Shown: positions 15,228-28,199 of the stretch, piece after piece | How the letters are laid out: every line of letters starts with the position of its first letter | Position numbering within the stretch: the stretch's first letter is position 1 | From: Eledone cirrhosa | Lineage: Eukaryota | NCBI GenBank assembly: GCA_964016885.1 | Contig: OZ024741.1 | Location: 386,694,001-386,758,000 of the forward strand | DNA: 64,000 bases | Reading direction: 5' to 3' | Notes under the pieces: generated by a model | Told to the model about the DNA's origin: nothing | What the model saw: the letters and a program-made list of their open reading frames with translations, nothing else | Databases searched by the model: none | Position numbers and translations under genes: made by a program

Positions 15228-15419
15228 AGCATAAGAACTGTGAAACCGGTAAAGGAAACAAATAAATATTCTTAAAAAGACTCCAGTTGCATTTTCGATT
15301 TCATCTGTTTTCCTTATACTTTCACTCGTGTAGGACATCTCGTTTTTTTTTTCATTTAAAAAAACCCATAATTTTCTTATATACACACAGACATATATAT
15401 ATATATATATATATATATG

Positions 15420-15470
<51 letters not shown>

Positions 15471-15483
15471 TTATATATATATA

Positions 15484-15672
15484 ACGAAGGAAATGTGGTA
15501 AGGAACCAGATGGACCATAACGCACCAAAGTACTCAATACTTAGGGTAGTAGAGTGGGTAATAGGAACGAGTAGGACCCCGACGGCTGAGCTCAAGCCGT
15601 TTCGACGGCTAGTCCAGAATTAGTCGTCGAAATGGCTTGAGCTCAGCCGTCGGGGTCCTACTCGTTCCTATA
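15484..15672 (-). mobile_element. Hairpin+tail mini-element carrying the 3' half of a hammerhead
   Basis: ~110-bp palindrome (15560-15672) plus ~75-bp tail. Contains GAAACGGCT(tgagctc)AGCCGTC-ggggtcc. Related copies at 24872-24930 and 45749-45902. Confidence 0.65.
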
Positions 15673-15694
15673 TATATACATTGTTATATATATG

Positions 15695-15725
<31 letters not shown>

Positions 15726-15744
15726 GTATATATATATGTATATG

Positions 15745-15887
<143 letters not shown>

Positions 15888-15895
15888 GTGTATAT

Positions 15896-16073
<178 letters not shown>

Positions 16074-16199
16074 ATACATATATATATATACATATATATA
16101 ACAATGTATATATATAGGAACGAGTAGGACCCCGTAATCTCTCTCTATATATATATATAGAGAGATTACAATAATCAAAGTTCAGTTTAAGTCATTTAT

Positions 16200-16248
16200 T
16201 TGCTTACAATTGTTTCCTCCAAACCGAGGTTTGGATTCTTCGGAGCAA
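16200..16248 (-). ncRNA. Minimal hammerhead-like motif (U4C variant)
   Basis: ttgct-CCGAAGA-a-TCCAAACC(tc)GGTTTGGA-g-GAAAC(aatt)GTA-agcaa, then AATAAA. Confidence 0.65.
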
Positions 16249-16885
16249 CTATTTACTGATCTATAACATACTTGACCTCCTTTTCAACCCAAGAGACATA
16301 TAAAACACAAGAGACATATAAAACATATGCGCATATTGATCAACAGTGGGGTGACATTCATCAAATGATATAGCATGGCAATTTACATATAGAGGTTACA
16401 GGATAAAAATAAAAATAAAAACAAAAATGAAAATAAATATAAACATGAAGCGTTGGCAGTCTATGAAGATAAAGCAAGAGGAAAGTTTAGAGTAGTCAGT
16501 GTAAGAAACAATCTCACGTGTAGCATGCACGCGTGTCTTATTTATACATGATTAGAGTGCGTCAGAATGATATTTGCAGGGTCAGGCAGTTGAAGCAGGC
16601 AATCGATCTTATTATGTGGGCTGAATTATTAAGTCATTTATTCGCATACATCTGTATGATATACAGTCCCGGAAGCAGGGAAACACCAAAATATCAAAAA
16701 TGTTCAACATATTATAAGCCTTATTGTATCGTAGGCAAAGCCGTACCACTGTCTTCGCTCACACCACCACTCACATAATCCATGAGACGTAATATATAGA
16801 ACACGTGTCTATCGTGTCTATCTATATGCTGAACCATCGTGAATTATACGATAGACACGTGTTCTATATATTGCGTCTCATGGAT

Positions 16886-16964
<79 letters not shown>

Positions 16965-17268
16965 CTTTGCGTGTTTAACTTCTTGTTTCCTATTCGAATG
17001 TAATAAATATTTCGTCTATTACTACCTTCTCTCTGACTTCTATAACGGAAGTAGCTCTCACAAAATGTCTTACACTAAACAGATCAACTTCCTGTTTTAG
17101 TTTCAATCATTGCTTAACTGGATCGTCGCCATTCTCTTCTTCTTCTTCTTCTTCTTCTTAGAAAGTCTGGTAGATGAAGAGAACAGGTAAGTACTGGAGT
17201 CGATATAATTGACTAAATTCCGTCAAAGCGGTGCCCTAGCGTGGTCGCAGTCTAATTAGTGAATCAAG

Positions 17269-17328
<60 letters not shown>

Positions 17329-17383
17329 TGATTTATATATATATATACGAAAAAAAATGAAACGAAATTTCATTTCCCACTCT

Positions 17384-17608
<225 letters not shown>

Positions 17609-17719
17609 TCCCGATGTAAATCGGAAGGCAACCACTGTCAAAAAAGGTACTTAATACGTGAGTAGAGTATATTCCTTTTCTGGCGATTTCTTACGAATGA
17701 AACAGTTCTAGTGTATTAT

Positions 17720-17759
17720 CGCATGATATTTCAAGGCTAAAACCCCTTTTTCAGATGCG
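17720..17759 (-). ncRNA. Hammerhead-like motif essentially lacking stem III
   Basis: cgcat-CTGAAAA-AGGG(gttttag)CCTT-GAAATATC-atgcg. Stem I is a perfect 5 bp; C3-A8 is mismatched. Confidence 0.5.
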
Positions 17760-18299
17760 GGGCTGAAACAATCCAAGATAAAACAAACGATCGATTTGAG
17801 CGTTCTTTCTTCTGTTACTGGGAAATGTATGCGCATACGCGGGGTTGCTATAGTAACCATTCGGCCTCGTGCCTTTCTGACCTGTCTACGTGTCCAGGGA
17901 AAGTTGGATCATGTTTTATGCGTTTTGGTGAGATGGTAGAAGGTGGGGAGCTTACTGTTTCTGGTGATGAAGATGCGTTTGACCCCATTTTTCCGTCACT
18001 CGATTTTCTCAACTATCATTTATAGTGAACAACTATTATTATAGTCATTTGCAGCATAGAGTTACAACCCTTTACGGTCTGATTTCAAATCCCGCTGAGG
18101 TAAACTTTGCCTTTCATCCTTACGGGGTCGATGAAATAAAGTACCAGTAGTGCACTGGGATAATTGCTGGCCTTGTGCCAAAAGTAGAAACAATTATTAT
18201 AGTCATTTGCATTGGGGCGACTACATTTGAAATTTCATACACTCACACACACACACTCTCTCTCTCTCACACACACACACAAGCATATATATATATATA

Positions 18300-19604
18300 C
18301 AGGGTGGGGCATAATTCCTGTTACAAAGTTTTAAATCAATTTTAAAAATACATTATGTTGCTAATATAACCAATATATTTGTATCAAATCCATGCACTAT
18401 AGCCATATTAACTATTTTGCAGAACATTACGCCATTAACAATTTGCAATGTCCATAGAATTGAAAAGAAAGTTCATAATAGAGAAGGATGAAAAAGGCCT
18501 GACTCCACCCGATATATTTAAACTGGGGAAAACTCTTAAGATCAATAGAATGTCGATCAAAAGGACAATCGATCGATTTAAGGAAACTTCCTCGACCAAA
18601 GACAGACCTCGATCCGGACACCCTCGCACCTCAAGAACATCAAAACTCGTTAAAAGTGTGAGGGAGAAAATAAGGCGTAATTCAAGAAGGTCCATGAGAA
18701 AAATGGCAGAAGAAGCAGAAACATCGCCGAGAACTATGCAGAGGATATGTCGAGATGATCTGGAGATGTCACCCTATAAATTCCAAAAGATGCAGCTTCT
18801 TTCTGCAGCCACAATTGAAAAGAGGTTCTCCAGAAGTAAACTGTTATTGAACCGTATCAGGGATGGCACGCTGCAAAACATCATCTTTACAGATGAGAAG
18901 TTATTCACTGTGCAGCAGTCTCACAATCATCAAAATGATGGAGTACTTGCAAAAAGTCTCAAATCAATTCCTTCAAGTGTAGGAAGAGTGTTCAGAACAC
19001 AGAAACCAGCACCAGTGATGATTTGAGCAGCCATTTCTGAAAGAGGGAAGTCTCCTCTGATGTTTGTGCCTCAAGGAGTTAAAATTAACAAAGAACTTTA
19101 CATGAAGGATATTTTGGAAGGAGCACTGATGCCATGGTGCACATCTGTTTATGGCGATCACATTTGGACTCTCCAACAAGATGGAGTGACGAGCCACTCT
19201 GCTCGCGTAACACAACAGTGTTGTAGAGACCATTGTCCTGCATGGATCAGTAAGGAAGAGTGGTCTCCCACATCACCAGATCTCAACCCTCTCGATTTTT
19301 CTTTATGGTCAATTCTTGAGAGTGAAGCCTGCTCTACTCCTAGCCAAAATATTGAAACTCTAAAATCAAAACTGAATAAAGTATGGGAGAAAATACCCAT
19401 GGAAACTGTTCGTGCACTCATCGAAGACTTTCCTAGAAGACTTCGAGCGGTAGTGAGAGCTAGAGGAAAGCATTTCGAATAAATGTTTGTGCAGTTGTTT
19501 AATAGTATATTACTTACTATTTGTTGAAGTCAGATCTTGAAATAAATGTTTTTTTCAAGAACTATTTGCATTTTATTTTGTAACAGTTTTTATGCCCCAC
19601 CCTG
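18300..19604 (+). mobile_element. Full-length Tc1/mariner transposon, DD37D (maT) family
   Basis: ~28-bp TIRs (CAGGGTGGGGCATAATTCCTGTTACAAA and its near-identical reverse complement); flanked by TA; 1305 bp. Confidence 0.95.
18448..19482 (+). pseudogene. DD37D transposase with a single in-frame TGA at 19024-19026
   Basis: ORFs 18448-19026 and 19060-19482 are in the same frame. Motifs: RPRSGHPR, IIFTDEKLF, LQQDG, SPDLNPLDFSLW. 37 residues lie between the 2nd and 3rd Asp. Confidence 0.92.
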
Positions 19605-19651
19605 TATATATATCAGATGTGAGAAAAACCACAGACCCTCCATCTCAACTC

Positions 19652-19691
19652 TACTTTTGAAAAGCAGAAGAGCTGCGAAACCGGTAAAGGA
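19652..19691 (+). ncRNA. Minimal hammerhead-like motif with U3-A8 core
   Basis: ctt-TTGAAAA-GCAG(aagag)CTGC-GAAAC(cg)GTA-aag, then AATAAA. A truncated family copy lies at ~15223-15256. Confidence 0.7.
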
Positions 19692-20091
19692 ACCAAATAA
19701 ATATATATATATTTTTAAAAATAAGACTCCAGTTGCATTTTCGATTTCATCTTTTTTTTCTTTTTCAATATATATATATATTAAAATTAAGTGAGAAAAA
19801 AACTTAGTATGTATGATTTCTTCGTCAATTTCTCTAAGCTTTCGAAGTATGACGGATTCTTCAATTATTGGTAGTTGCAATAAGAATTCTTCCCCATATG
19901 AAACCATAATAGGGAGATCTATATGTTAGCGAGTTTAGTTGGAATTTTCGTTTCTTTGTTTATGTTGTTTGTACTCCCATCAATAGAGTTTTTTCTCACT
20001 TAATTTTGATATATACTATTGCTTCTCTGAGAGATTCCTCTCGTTGAGATGTTTAAGTATTAGAGACTAATTAACCTTTAATTGATATATA

Positions 20092-20150
<59 letters not shown>

Positions 20151-20156
<6 letters not shown>

Positions 20157-20320
20157 ATGCTTTGGGAGGGTCATGTTGCCAATAAGAAACACATGCACCA
20201 GTTGCTTTCACTCCAATTTATTATAAATTAAATTTATAAATTTAAGAATTTATAAATTTCCCAAAGCATAACAATATCGGTTTCAACACACGTTTTCAGA
20301 TAAAGAACAATTCAGAAACG

Positions 20321-20322
<2 letters not shown>
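20151..20322 (+). mobile_element. Non-coding mini-copy of the same Penelope-like family
   Basis: Starts with the same inverted segment (ATTGTTATGCTTTG...) and ends with the same tail (...CAATTCAGAAACG); inside (TA)n. Confidence 0.8.
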
Positions 20323-20360
<38 letters not shown>

Positions 20361-20630
20361 ATATATATATCATCATCATCATCATCATCATCATTATCAT
20401 CATTATCACCATTTAATGTTCATTTTCCACGCTAACATGGGTTAGACGAGTAGTCCCGTTGTGAGACAAGACCGTGTTTTGCTCATACAGAACTGGCTTG
20501 GTTTCTACAGTTGGATGCCATTCCTAACGCGTTGCACATCTACAGCGTGGACTGGATGCTGTGGCACCAAAACGACCAACTAACAGGTTGGAGTGGGTGC
20601 TTTTTTTGTATCACCAGTGCGATCACTTTA

Positions 20631-21944
20631 CAGGGTGGACAATTTGGAGACCACCTACATTTCAGCTGTCATATTGTTAGTAACCTTAGCGCACACACAC
20701 AAGTGCGCAAATATCATCACACTTAATTTTTATTTCTTTATTCATTGTACATATGTCGACCAATCTCATTATTTGTTGTTTCATATACAGCACACCGAGT
20801 TAACATTTAAATACATATTTTAGTATTAACATGGCTGTCATTCCATGCGAAAAACATACAAATATTATCCTCCTTCATGAGGAAGGCCATTTCCAGTGCC
20901 AAATATCTGTACGATTGAGTGTATCTAAGACTGGTGTTCAAAAAGCACTTGCCCGTAATGCAACAAAAGGTACTCCTAACCCAAACAAGCAGCCTGGAGG
21001 ACTACGCAAGAGAAGTGTTGAAACAGATCACATGATACGCCGACTTACTGTGTCAAATCCAACTGCTTCCAGCTCATATATCCAAGCCGAACTTCCTCAG
21101 GACACAAACATATCATCTACCATCCGACGACGCCTTGTTAAGGACGTTAAAATTTGGGCTTTTAAGCCAGCTGTCAAGCCTCAACTTTCAAATAAAAACT
21201 TCAACGACCATCTGTTGTCCTGCAATACTTATCGTCACTGGACTATTACTCAATGGGGTGAGGTAATGTTTAGTGATGAAACATTATAATCCCTTATAAT
21301 CACCATGTAAGAAAATCACCTGGACAGCATTATAATTCTCGTTATGCCAAACCAATAGTTAAACATTCACAATCATTTATGGTCTGGGGATCAATAAGTA
21401 TATATGGACGAGCTGCACTGACCATAAGTCCAGCAGGAATGACAGTAAATACAAACATGTATTTGGAAATCATACGAGAAAAGGTTTCATTATGGGTGGA
21501 TAGGCATGGTTGCAAAAGATATCAACCAGAGGGCGTTCTTGTCATAGGTAAAAAACCATTAACCTTCTTTTTTTTTTCGAGAATCTGGTCAGGTTCAAGT
21601 CCTGACTTAAACCCAATTGAAAACTATCTTAAATTGGTGAAAGACAAAATTTCCAAGCTAAATCCTAGCTCATTTACTGATTTACAACGAAAAATTGTTA
21701 CTGTATGGACACAACACGTTATCCCTGAATATTGTGCTTCCTTGGTGGAATCAAGACCTCGCAGAATTGCTGCAGTAATTGCTGCTTAAGGTCATCAAAG
21801 TACTAATTTGTAATAGACAATTTGTAGCATAATGCTTTATGTTGTATGTCTGTAATATATTTTTATCTAATTATTGTACCTTGTTCAATATTAATCTAAC
21901 CTAATAAAATTATTGGGGTAGTTTCTGTATTATGCACAACATTG
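20631..21944 (+). mobile_element. Decayed Tc1-type (DDxE) transposon
   Basis: ORF fragments 20831-21289 (HTH region, VMFSDE) and 21379-21789 (MVWGSIS, SPDLNPIEN, PRRIAAVI). Degenerate TIR-like ends; boundaries approximate. Confidence 0.85.
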
Positions 21945-22061
21945 TACATTCCTGCTATTTCAAGTGTTAAACTAATATATTTCTTCCATGTACTGTGCCG
22001 TTTGTTTTGTTATTTTTGTTATTTCTGTTTACCTTTTACATACATATATATGTGTGTGTGT

Positions 22062-22116
<55 letters not shown>

Positions 22117-22358
22117 TGTGCGTACGTGTGTGTGTGTGCGCGTGCGTGTGTGTGTGTGCGTGTGCGTGTATGTGTGGGTGGGTGGGTGTTTGTGTGGGGT
22201 GTGTGCGTGTGTGTGTGTGTGAGTATGCATGAGGATCGGTAAGAGGAAAGTTCGAGTAACAACTCACGAAAAGTCGTAAATATTATTATACTCTACTATG
22301 TTGCTACAATAAGGAATTTGCTTTTGGAGGACAAGTCCCTGGGTTCTATTCCAACGTC

Positions 22359-23260
22359 CCTGTAAATAGGTATTTCTCCAACATTACCTGTAAATAGGTA
22401 TTTCTCCAACATTACCTGTAAATAGGTATTTCCCCAACATTACCTGTAAATAGGTATTTCTCCAACATTACCTGTAAATAGGTATTTCTCCAACATTACC
22501 TGTAAATAGGTATTTCTCCAACATTACCTGTAAATAGGTATTTCCCCAACATTACCTGTAAATAGGTATTTCTCCAACATTACCTGTAAATAGGTATTTC
22601 TCCAACATTACCTGTAAATAGGTATTTCTCCAACATTACCTGTAAATAGGTATTTCTCCAACATTACCTGTAAATAGGTATTTCTCCAACATTACCTGTA
22701 AATAGGTATTTCTCCAACATTACCTGTAAATAGGTATTTCTCCAACATTACCTGTAAATAGGTATTTCTCCAACATTACCTGTAAATAGGTATTTCTCCA
22801 ACATTACCTGTAAATAGGTATTTCCCCAACATTACCTGTAAATAGGTATTTCCCCAACATTACCTGTAAATAGGTATTTCTCCAACATTACCTGTAAATA
22901 GGTATTTCTCCAACATTACCTGTAAATAGGTATTTCTCCAACATTACCTGTAAATAGGTATTTCTCCAACATTACCTGTAAATAGGTATTTCTCCAACAT
23001 TACCTGTAAATAGGTATTTCCCCAACATTACCTGTAAATAGGTATTTCCCCAACATTACCTGTAAATAGGTATTTCTCCAACATTACCTGTAAATAGGTA
23101 TTTCTCCAACATTACCTGTAAATAGGTATTTCCCCAACATTACCTGTAAATAGGTATTTCTCCAACATTACCTGTAAATAGGTATTTCCCCAACATTACC
23201 TGTAAATAGGTATTTCCCCAACATTACCTGTAAATAGGTATTTCTCCAACATTACCTGTA
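22359..23260. repeat. 28-bp minisatellite, ~32 copies
   Basis: Unit CCTGTAAATAGGTATTTC(T/C)CCAACATTA; the only variation seen is one T/C site. Confidence 0.97.
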
Positions 23261-23631
23261 CATTTAATCTTGTATGTAATAGATGTTGAGCATCTATTAT
23301 TATATCCTAGAAATAAAATTATTAAAATATCATTCTTATCATTAATCACTTCCACTTGTCAGTAATCAACATACACTATAGGGTTTCTCATATGCAAACA
23401 ATTAATTTAAGGGATAGAGGAAAGTCGATTAAATCGACCCCAGTGCATTACTTGTACTTTGTTCTATCGACCCCGTACGGATACCCTCGGCAAAGATACC
23501 CTCGGCGGGATTTAAACTTATAAATGTAAGGGACGTAACTATATACCACAAAGCATGTTGTCCAACGCTCTACCGATACAGCTACTCCACTAGTATATTA
23601 ATAATTGATGATTTTCTTCTTTTTGTTTCAG

Positions 23632-23768
23632 AACATAACGAAGAGCCAGACCTCCTTTACAAATTGATGGGTGCCTATATTGTACTGGGATTTGTCGGAT
23701 TTCTACTGATACTTTTATTTTTGGATAAAATTGGCGCTCGAGTTGACCCCGAGAAGAGTGCATATGAA
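23632..23768 (+). CDS. UNC93A: Internal exon of an UNC-93-family (UNC93A-like) MFS membrane protein
   Basis: Polypyrimidine tract plus TTTCAG acceptor; GTAAGT donor at 23769. Translates xHNEEPDLLYKLMGAYIVLGFVGFLLILLFLDKIGARVDPEKSAYE, a TM helix resembling the UNC-93 'LxYxLxGxY...FL' segment. Ends in phase 0. Confidence 0.8.
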
Positions 23769-24726
23769 GTAAGTGTTTTATATCAATACTATATAAAAGG
23801 CCATGTTGCGTTCTCTTTTGTTTTTGGTCGGTTTCTTTCTTTCTATCACGCTATAGATATGGAGACGGAGGTAGCAGTGATTGCGCTGCGAGATGTAAAA
23901 AGGGCGTAAGAGAGAAAGAAAGTATTATATAAAGAGAGAATTTAGAGAAAATGGCCGCAGTGAAATTAAAATTTAGGTGGTAAAAAACCATAACTAAATA
24001 TTGCAAGGTATTTTGTCCAGTGCTCTATCGATTATGCCATTTCACTACCCTTCCTTGGATATGTGAATATTAAAGATGAAACTACAGGAAATTCTGTTAT
24101 AAAGTCTAAAGTTTGTCTCGAGACCGGAGTTTCATCAAACCGGTGTTTATCCCAGTTTCTGTGGGGTTAAGAGATTGAGAGTACAAGACTCCCATGGACA
24201 GAGCGTCAGTTCATCGCAGAGTTAAATCCCCATCTATTGCTGGTATTCATTTTCAGCTGAGTATACTGGAGTAACATGAAATTAAGTGTTTTGTTCATGA
24301 ACACAACACACAACCCAGTCCAGGAATCGAACCTATGACATCATTATCGTAAGTCCAACACCCTTACCGCTAGACCACGCGTCTCCACTAAATTCTGTTG
24401 CAGTTATATATCTCTTCTCTGTCTTTTCTATGGTTTCTTCTCCATGGAAGTAGCTAGTTCCATACCACCTCTAATCAAGCTCACCTGTCTTCACTCTGCA
24501 ATGTCCTTGTAGACTACTTTATCATTTCATCTGTAAGTAACACAATTGTCAAATATTAAGTTAAATAATGGTTTGTTAAACAGTGTTGGACTTACCTGAA
24601 AGCTAAATAAGCTAAAGTGAAGGACCACACACCCTCGGGGCCCTCATATTTTCATTTTATCATTAGTTTTTATTCTTTAACACTAAATCATCAAAACTTA
24701 CACACACACACACACACACACACACC

Positions 24727-24875
<149 letters not shown>

Positions 24876-26109
24876 AAAGAGTCAGGACCCCGACGGCTGA
24901 GCTCCGGCCGTTTCGAGAGCTAGATCCGAATATATGTTTCTTCCTCTTTTCGAGGCAGGGTGTAAAATTAGCTAGGACTACAGGATTTCCTATCCTGAGA
25001 CAATGGCTAACACAGACTGTATGGAACCATCGTGTGACTTGAGCATCCTTGCTGAGGAGTGTTACGTAAATGTCTGCACATATTACGTGATTTTCTGAAC
25101 ATTCAGGATTATCTGAATTTGTGAAGATATGTTGCACAGAAACAATATCGTCCAGGGGATGAAAATTTTACCTTTCTCTCTCCTAAACACCGCCACCACA
25201 CCTACTAAAACTAAATGTGTGCACTCTGAACAGCTGATTGCAACTGCATTACTGCAATTAGGCATATTCATTGAGTGAGCTAGATGCTGGCCGGGGACCC
25301 ATGAATTAATACCAGCGATTTTCGTTAATTTTATATAGTATATATATATATATAATTAAGGTGTTCGCTCTAATATATAAATTTAATTTTGTGATCATAA
25401 ATAAATAATAATCATTTTTTACCCGATTTTTGTTTTTAGATAATCGCTTCAAAGTTCATATAGGTTAGGGCCTCAGCAGATGAAAGTCTGGCCTTGTTAT
25501 TAAACTACCAATTGTTACGTTAGAAACTGTTTCAACTTATTAAACTACAAATTGCTAAGCTACAATTGTTGAACTATAATCATGATGGTGGTGGTGGTGG
25601 TCGTGGTGATCATGATGATGATGTTGTTGGTTGGGGTGTTGGTGGTAAGGATGATAATGGTTTCTATTTTGACATAATGCCAGCAATTTGGAGAGTGGGG
25701 GGAAAGTCGATTAAATTGACTTTAGTGTGGGACTGGTATTTTATTTTATCGACCTCGGAAGGATGAAAAGTTTACAACATAAAGGGCCGTAACTAAAAGT
25801 ACCACCAAACATTTAGTCCAATGCTCTCACGATTCTACCAACGGAACTTGTAGTAAAAAGGTTAATATATGACTGAATCCTATAGTGAAATCATTGGGTC
25901 GTAAACATTTCTTCGAGGCTGAAGGTGATAGAGATCGAAGAGAAAACTCTCTACTTGAGTCGACAGAAAGGTTTAGCATATATGTCAAGTAGAATCAAAA
26001 CTGCTTAACGAACTAGCCACTTTAAAAAAGGGTCCGTACTTGCCGGTGCCTGTTAAAAATACAATTAGTCACAATAATTTGCCTAATCGTGTGTTATGGC
26101 CACTTAGAG

Positions 26110-26387
26110 TTTAGTTCAGCGTACTGACTACCTGGCCATTTACAGTCAAGGGTCCATTCTCTCTGGCTTCTTACAGTTCAGCGTGCGTTCTACATGGCCA
26201 TTTACAGTTCAAGGTGCCTTCGACCTGCCTATTTATAGTTCAGAGTATGGTATACCTGGCGTTTACAGTTCAGGGTGTGGTATAACTAGCTGTTTATAGT
26301 TCAACGTGTGGTCTACCTGGTGACTTACAGTTCAGTGTGTAGTCTACTTGGTGACTTACAGTTCAGTGTGTGGCCTATTTACAGTTG
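26110..26387. repeat. Degenerate ~30-bp tandem repeat
   Basis: Recurring TTACAGTTCAG(T/C)GTGTGGTCTACCTGG-like unit. Confidence 0.7.
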
Positions 26388-27659
26388 TAAAAACGTACAT
26401 CAGAGAGGTGTTGTCGACACTGGTACGATGAGTGTGTCTTTTTTACCATGCGTTGATCTGTCTGCTAAAATAAAATAAAGAAATAAAATGTTTACCAAAA
26501 GAAACGTTAACCCTAACCAGGACACGAGGTGATGTCTCGGTAGACACACCCAATACAGAACGTCTTTGATCATAGACGTTCTGTATTGGGTGTGTCCTTC
26601 GCATTTTTAAGATTGTAGGGTGTGATTTGCGGAATCTTTTGTTTCTAATTCTTGCAGGGGGAGTGTTCGTGTTGACACATATTTTGCTCAGCATTGAACA
26701 TGTAATCCCCCTCTTTCAATTGTCATATTTATCCCATACCCACACGGATGCCACCCTCTTCCACATCTATTCTCACTACATAATAGAACATCCCACACAC
26801 ATTACAAAAACCTGCATGTCTGACAAAGCAGTCAAATGACTGCGAACCCCCACCATCATTCGCCTTTTATCTACAGTAAACAGACTTCTGACTCAGACAG
26901 TCTTATTGGTGGTCACCCCCCTCGGGACAGGCTTAAATTAACAGCTAGTTTTATTTATTTCAATAGCGCTCCATCCTTTCAGTGCCGATAAAATAAGTAA
27001 CGCGTTAGGCAACAAGCTTCTTCCAATGCCCACGACCAACTGCTGCTCTTTCCGTCCTAAATATGGTTACGAAACTAGGAGTGTGTAGATGTCAGACAAA
27101 TAAAAGAGACATGCAAAACTCTAAAAGGCAATGGCACAATGAAAAGGAGTACTAAAGTCTATGAAATTGATTATAGCCCTTCGTGAGAATTTGTGCCTGT
27201 ATTAGAAGTAATTTAATTATTCATTTAATTGCCAAGACACCGGGCGTGTATAGTGAGATTACTTAACCTCTGATGAATCCGAATTGGGGGTGGGGGATAC
27301 CAAGAGTTACCTCTCTTGACAACAAATTTAAAAATACATCACACATCAACTAGAATTATGTCTGTATTTTTAACACTTCTTTAATCTTACTTTCATTTTT
27401 TTAATGTTTAAAATATTAAAATGCTTTCACCCACTTACGTAAAAGTTAGACAGCTGTCAAACCAAAGCAAATGTGAAAATTAGATGAACCAGATGTAAGC
27501 TAAGTAACTATGTATCACGACAGAGTGTGTGCGTCTGTCTATATATCGTTTTATATCTGTCTGTCCATCTGTCTATCTACTTATCTACCTATCTATCTCT
27601 CTCTCTATATATATATATAGAGAGAGAGAGAGATGTGTGTATACACACACACATATACA

Positions 27660-27702
<43 letters not shown>

Positions 27703-28199
27703 TTCCATACAAACTATCGAAAATCTGGATAATTTGAAATTCTTTAGAAAATTTAGGAATCCAAAAACGAAGAAAAGAACTGTAACCACAGTCGATTACG
27801 ATCAATAATAGCATAGAATATCAGGTAAAATACCCCTATATACTGAAAAGAGTGGTCAGCAATTTTATATAAACAAAGCTGTTGGCATAAAAAGCATTGG
27901 AAACATTTGAATGTTGAAATGTGTGTGACCCGGTGCAAATGATCATAATAATCCAAATGTTGGTGGGCATGAATTTCGTTTGTTTAGAAGTGTAAAAAAA
28001 GCGGTTGACTTCGGGAGCATTGACAAAGTTTTAAAATTGAAATGTTTTACAATTGAAATATATATATAGTGGAAGATATGACAAAACAAACACAGAGATC
28101 CCAAAATACAATGTCTTATTAGTATCATGCTTAGAAGGAAGTAGAAGAGGGTTTGACGTTTTGGACATAGGAAGGTTGTCATGTCATTAACACTCAAGG

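Noticed and set aside
22359-23260. 28-bp partly palindromic repeat as a CRISPR array
   Set aside because: Units are head-to-tail with no spacers; eukaryotic context.
26658-26701. Possible small hydrophobic exon (GGVFVLTHILLSIEH) inside the UNC93 intron
   Set aside because: Its acceptor phase is incompatible with the phase-0 intron, the donor is weak, and the two real exons already join without a gap.
27265-27320. CTGATGA followed by an ATCC..GGAT stem (hammerhead-like start)
   Set aside because: No GAAA or closing stem I follows.
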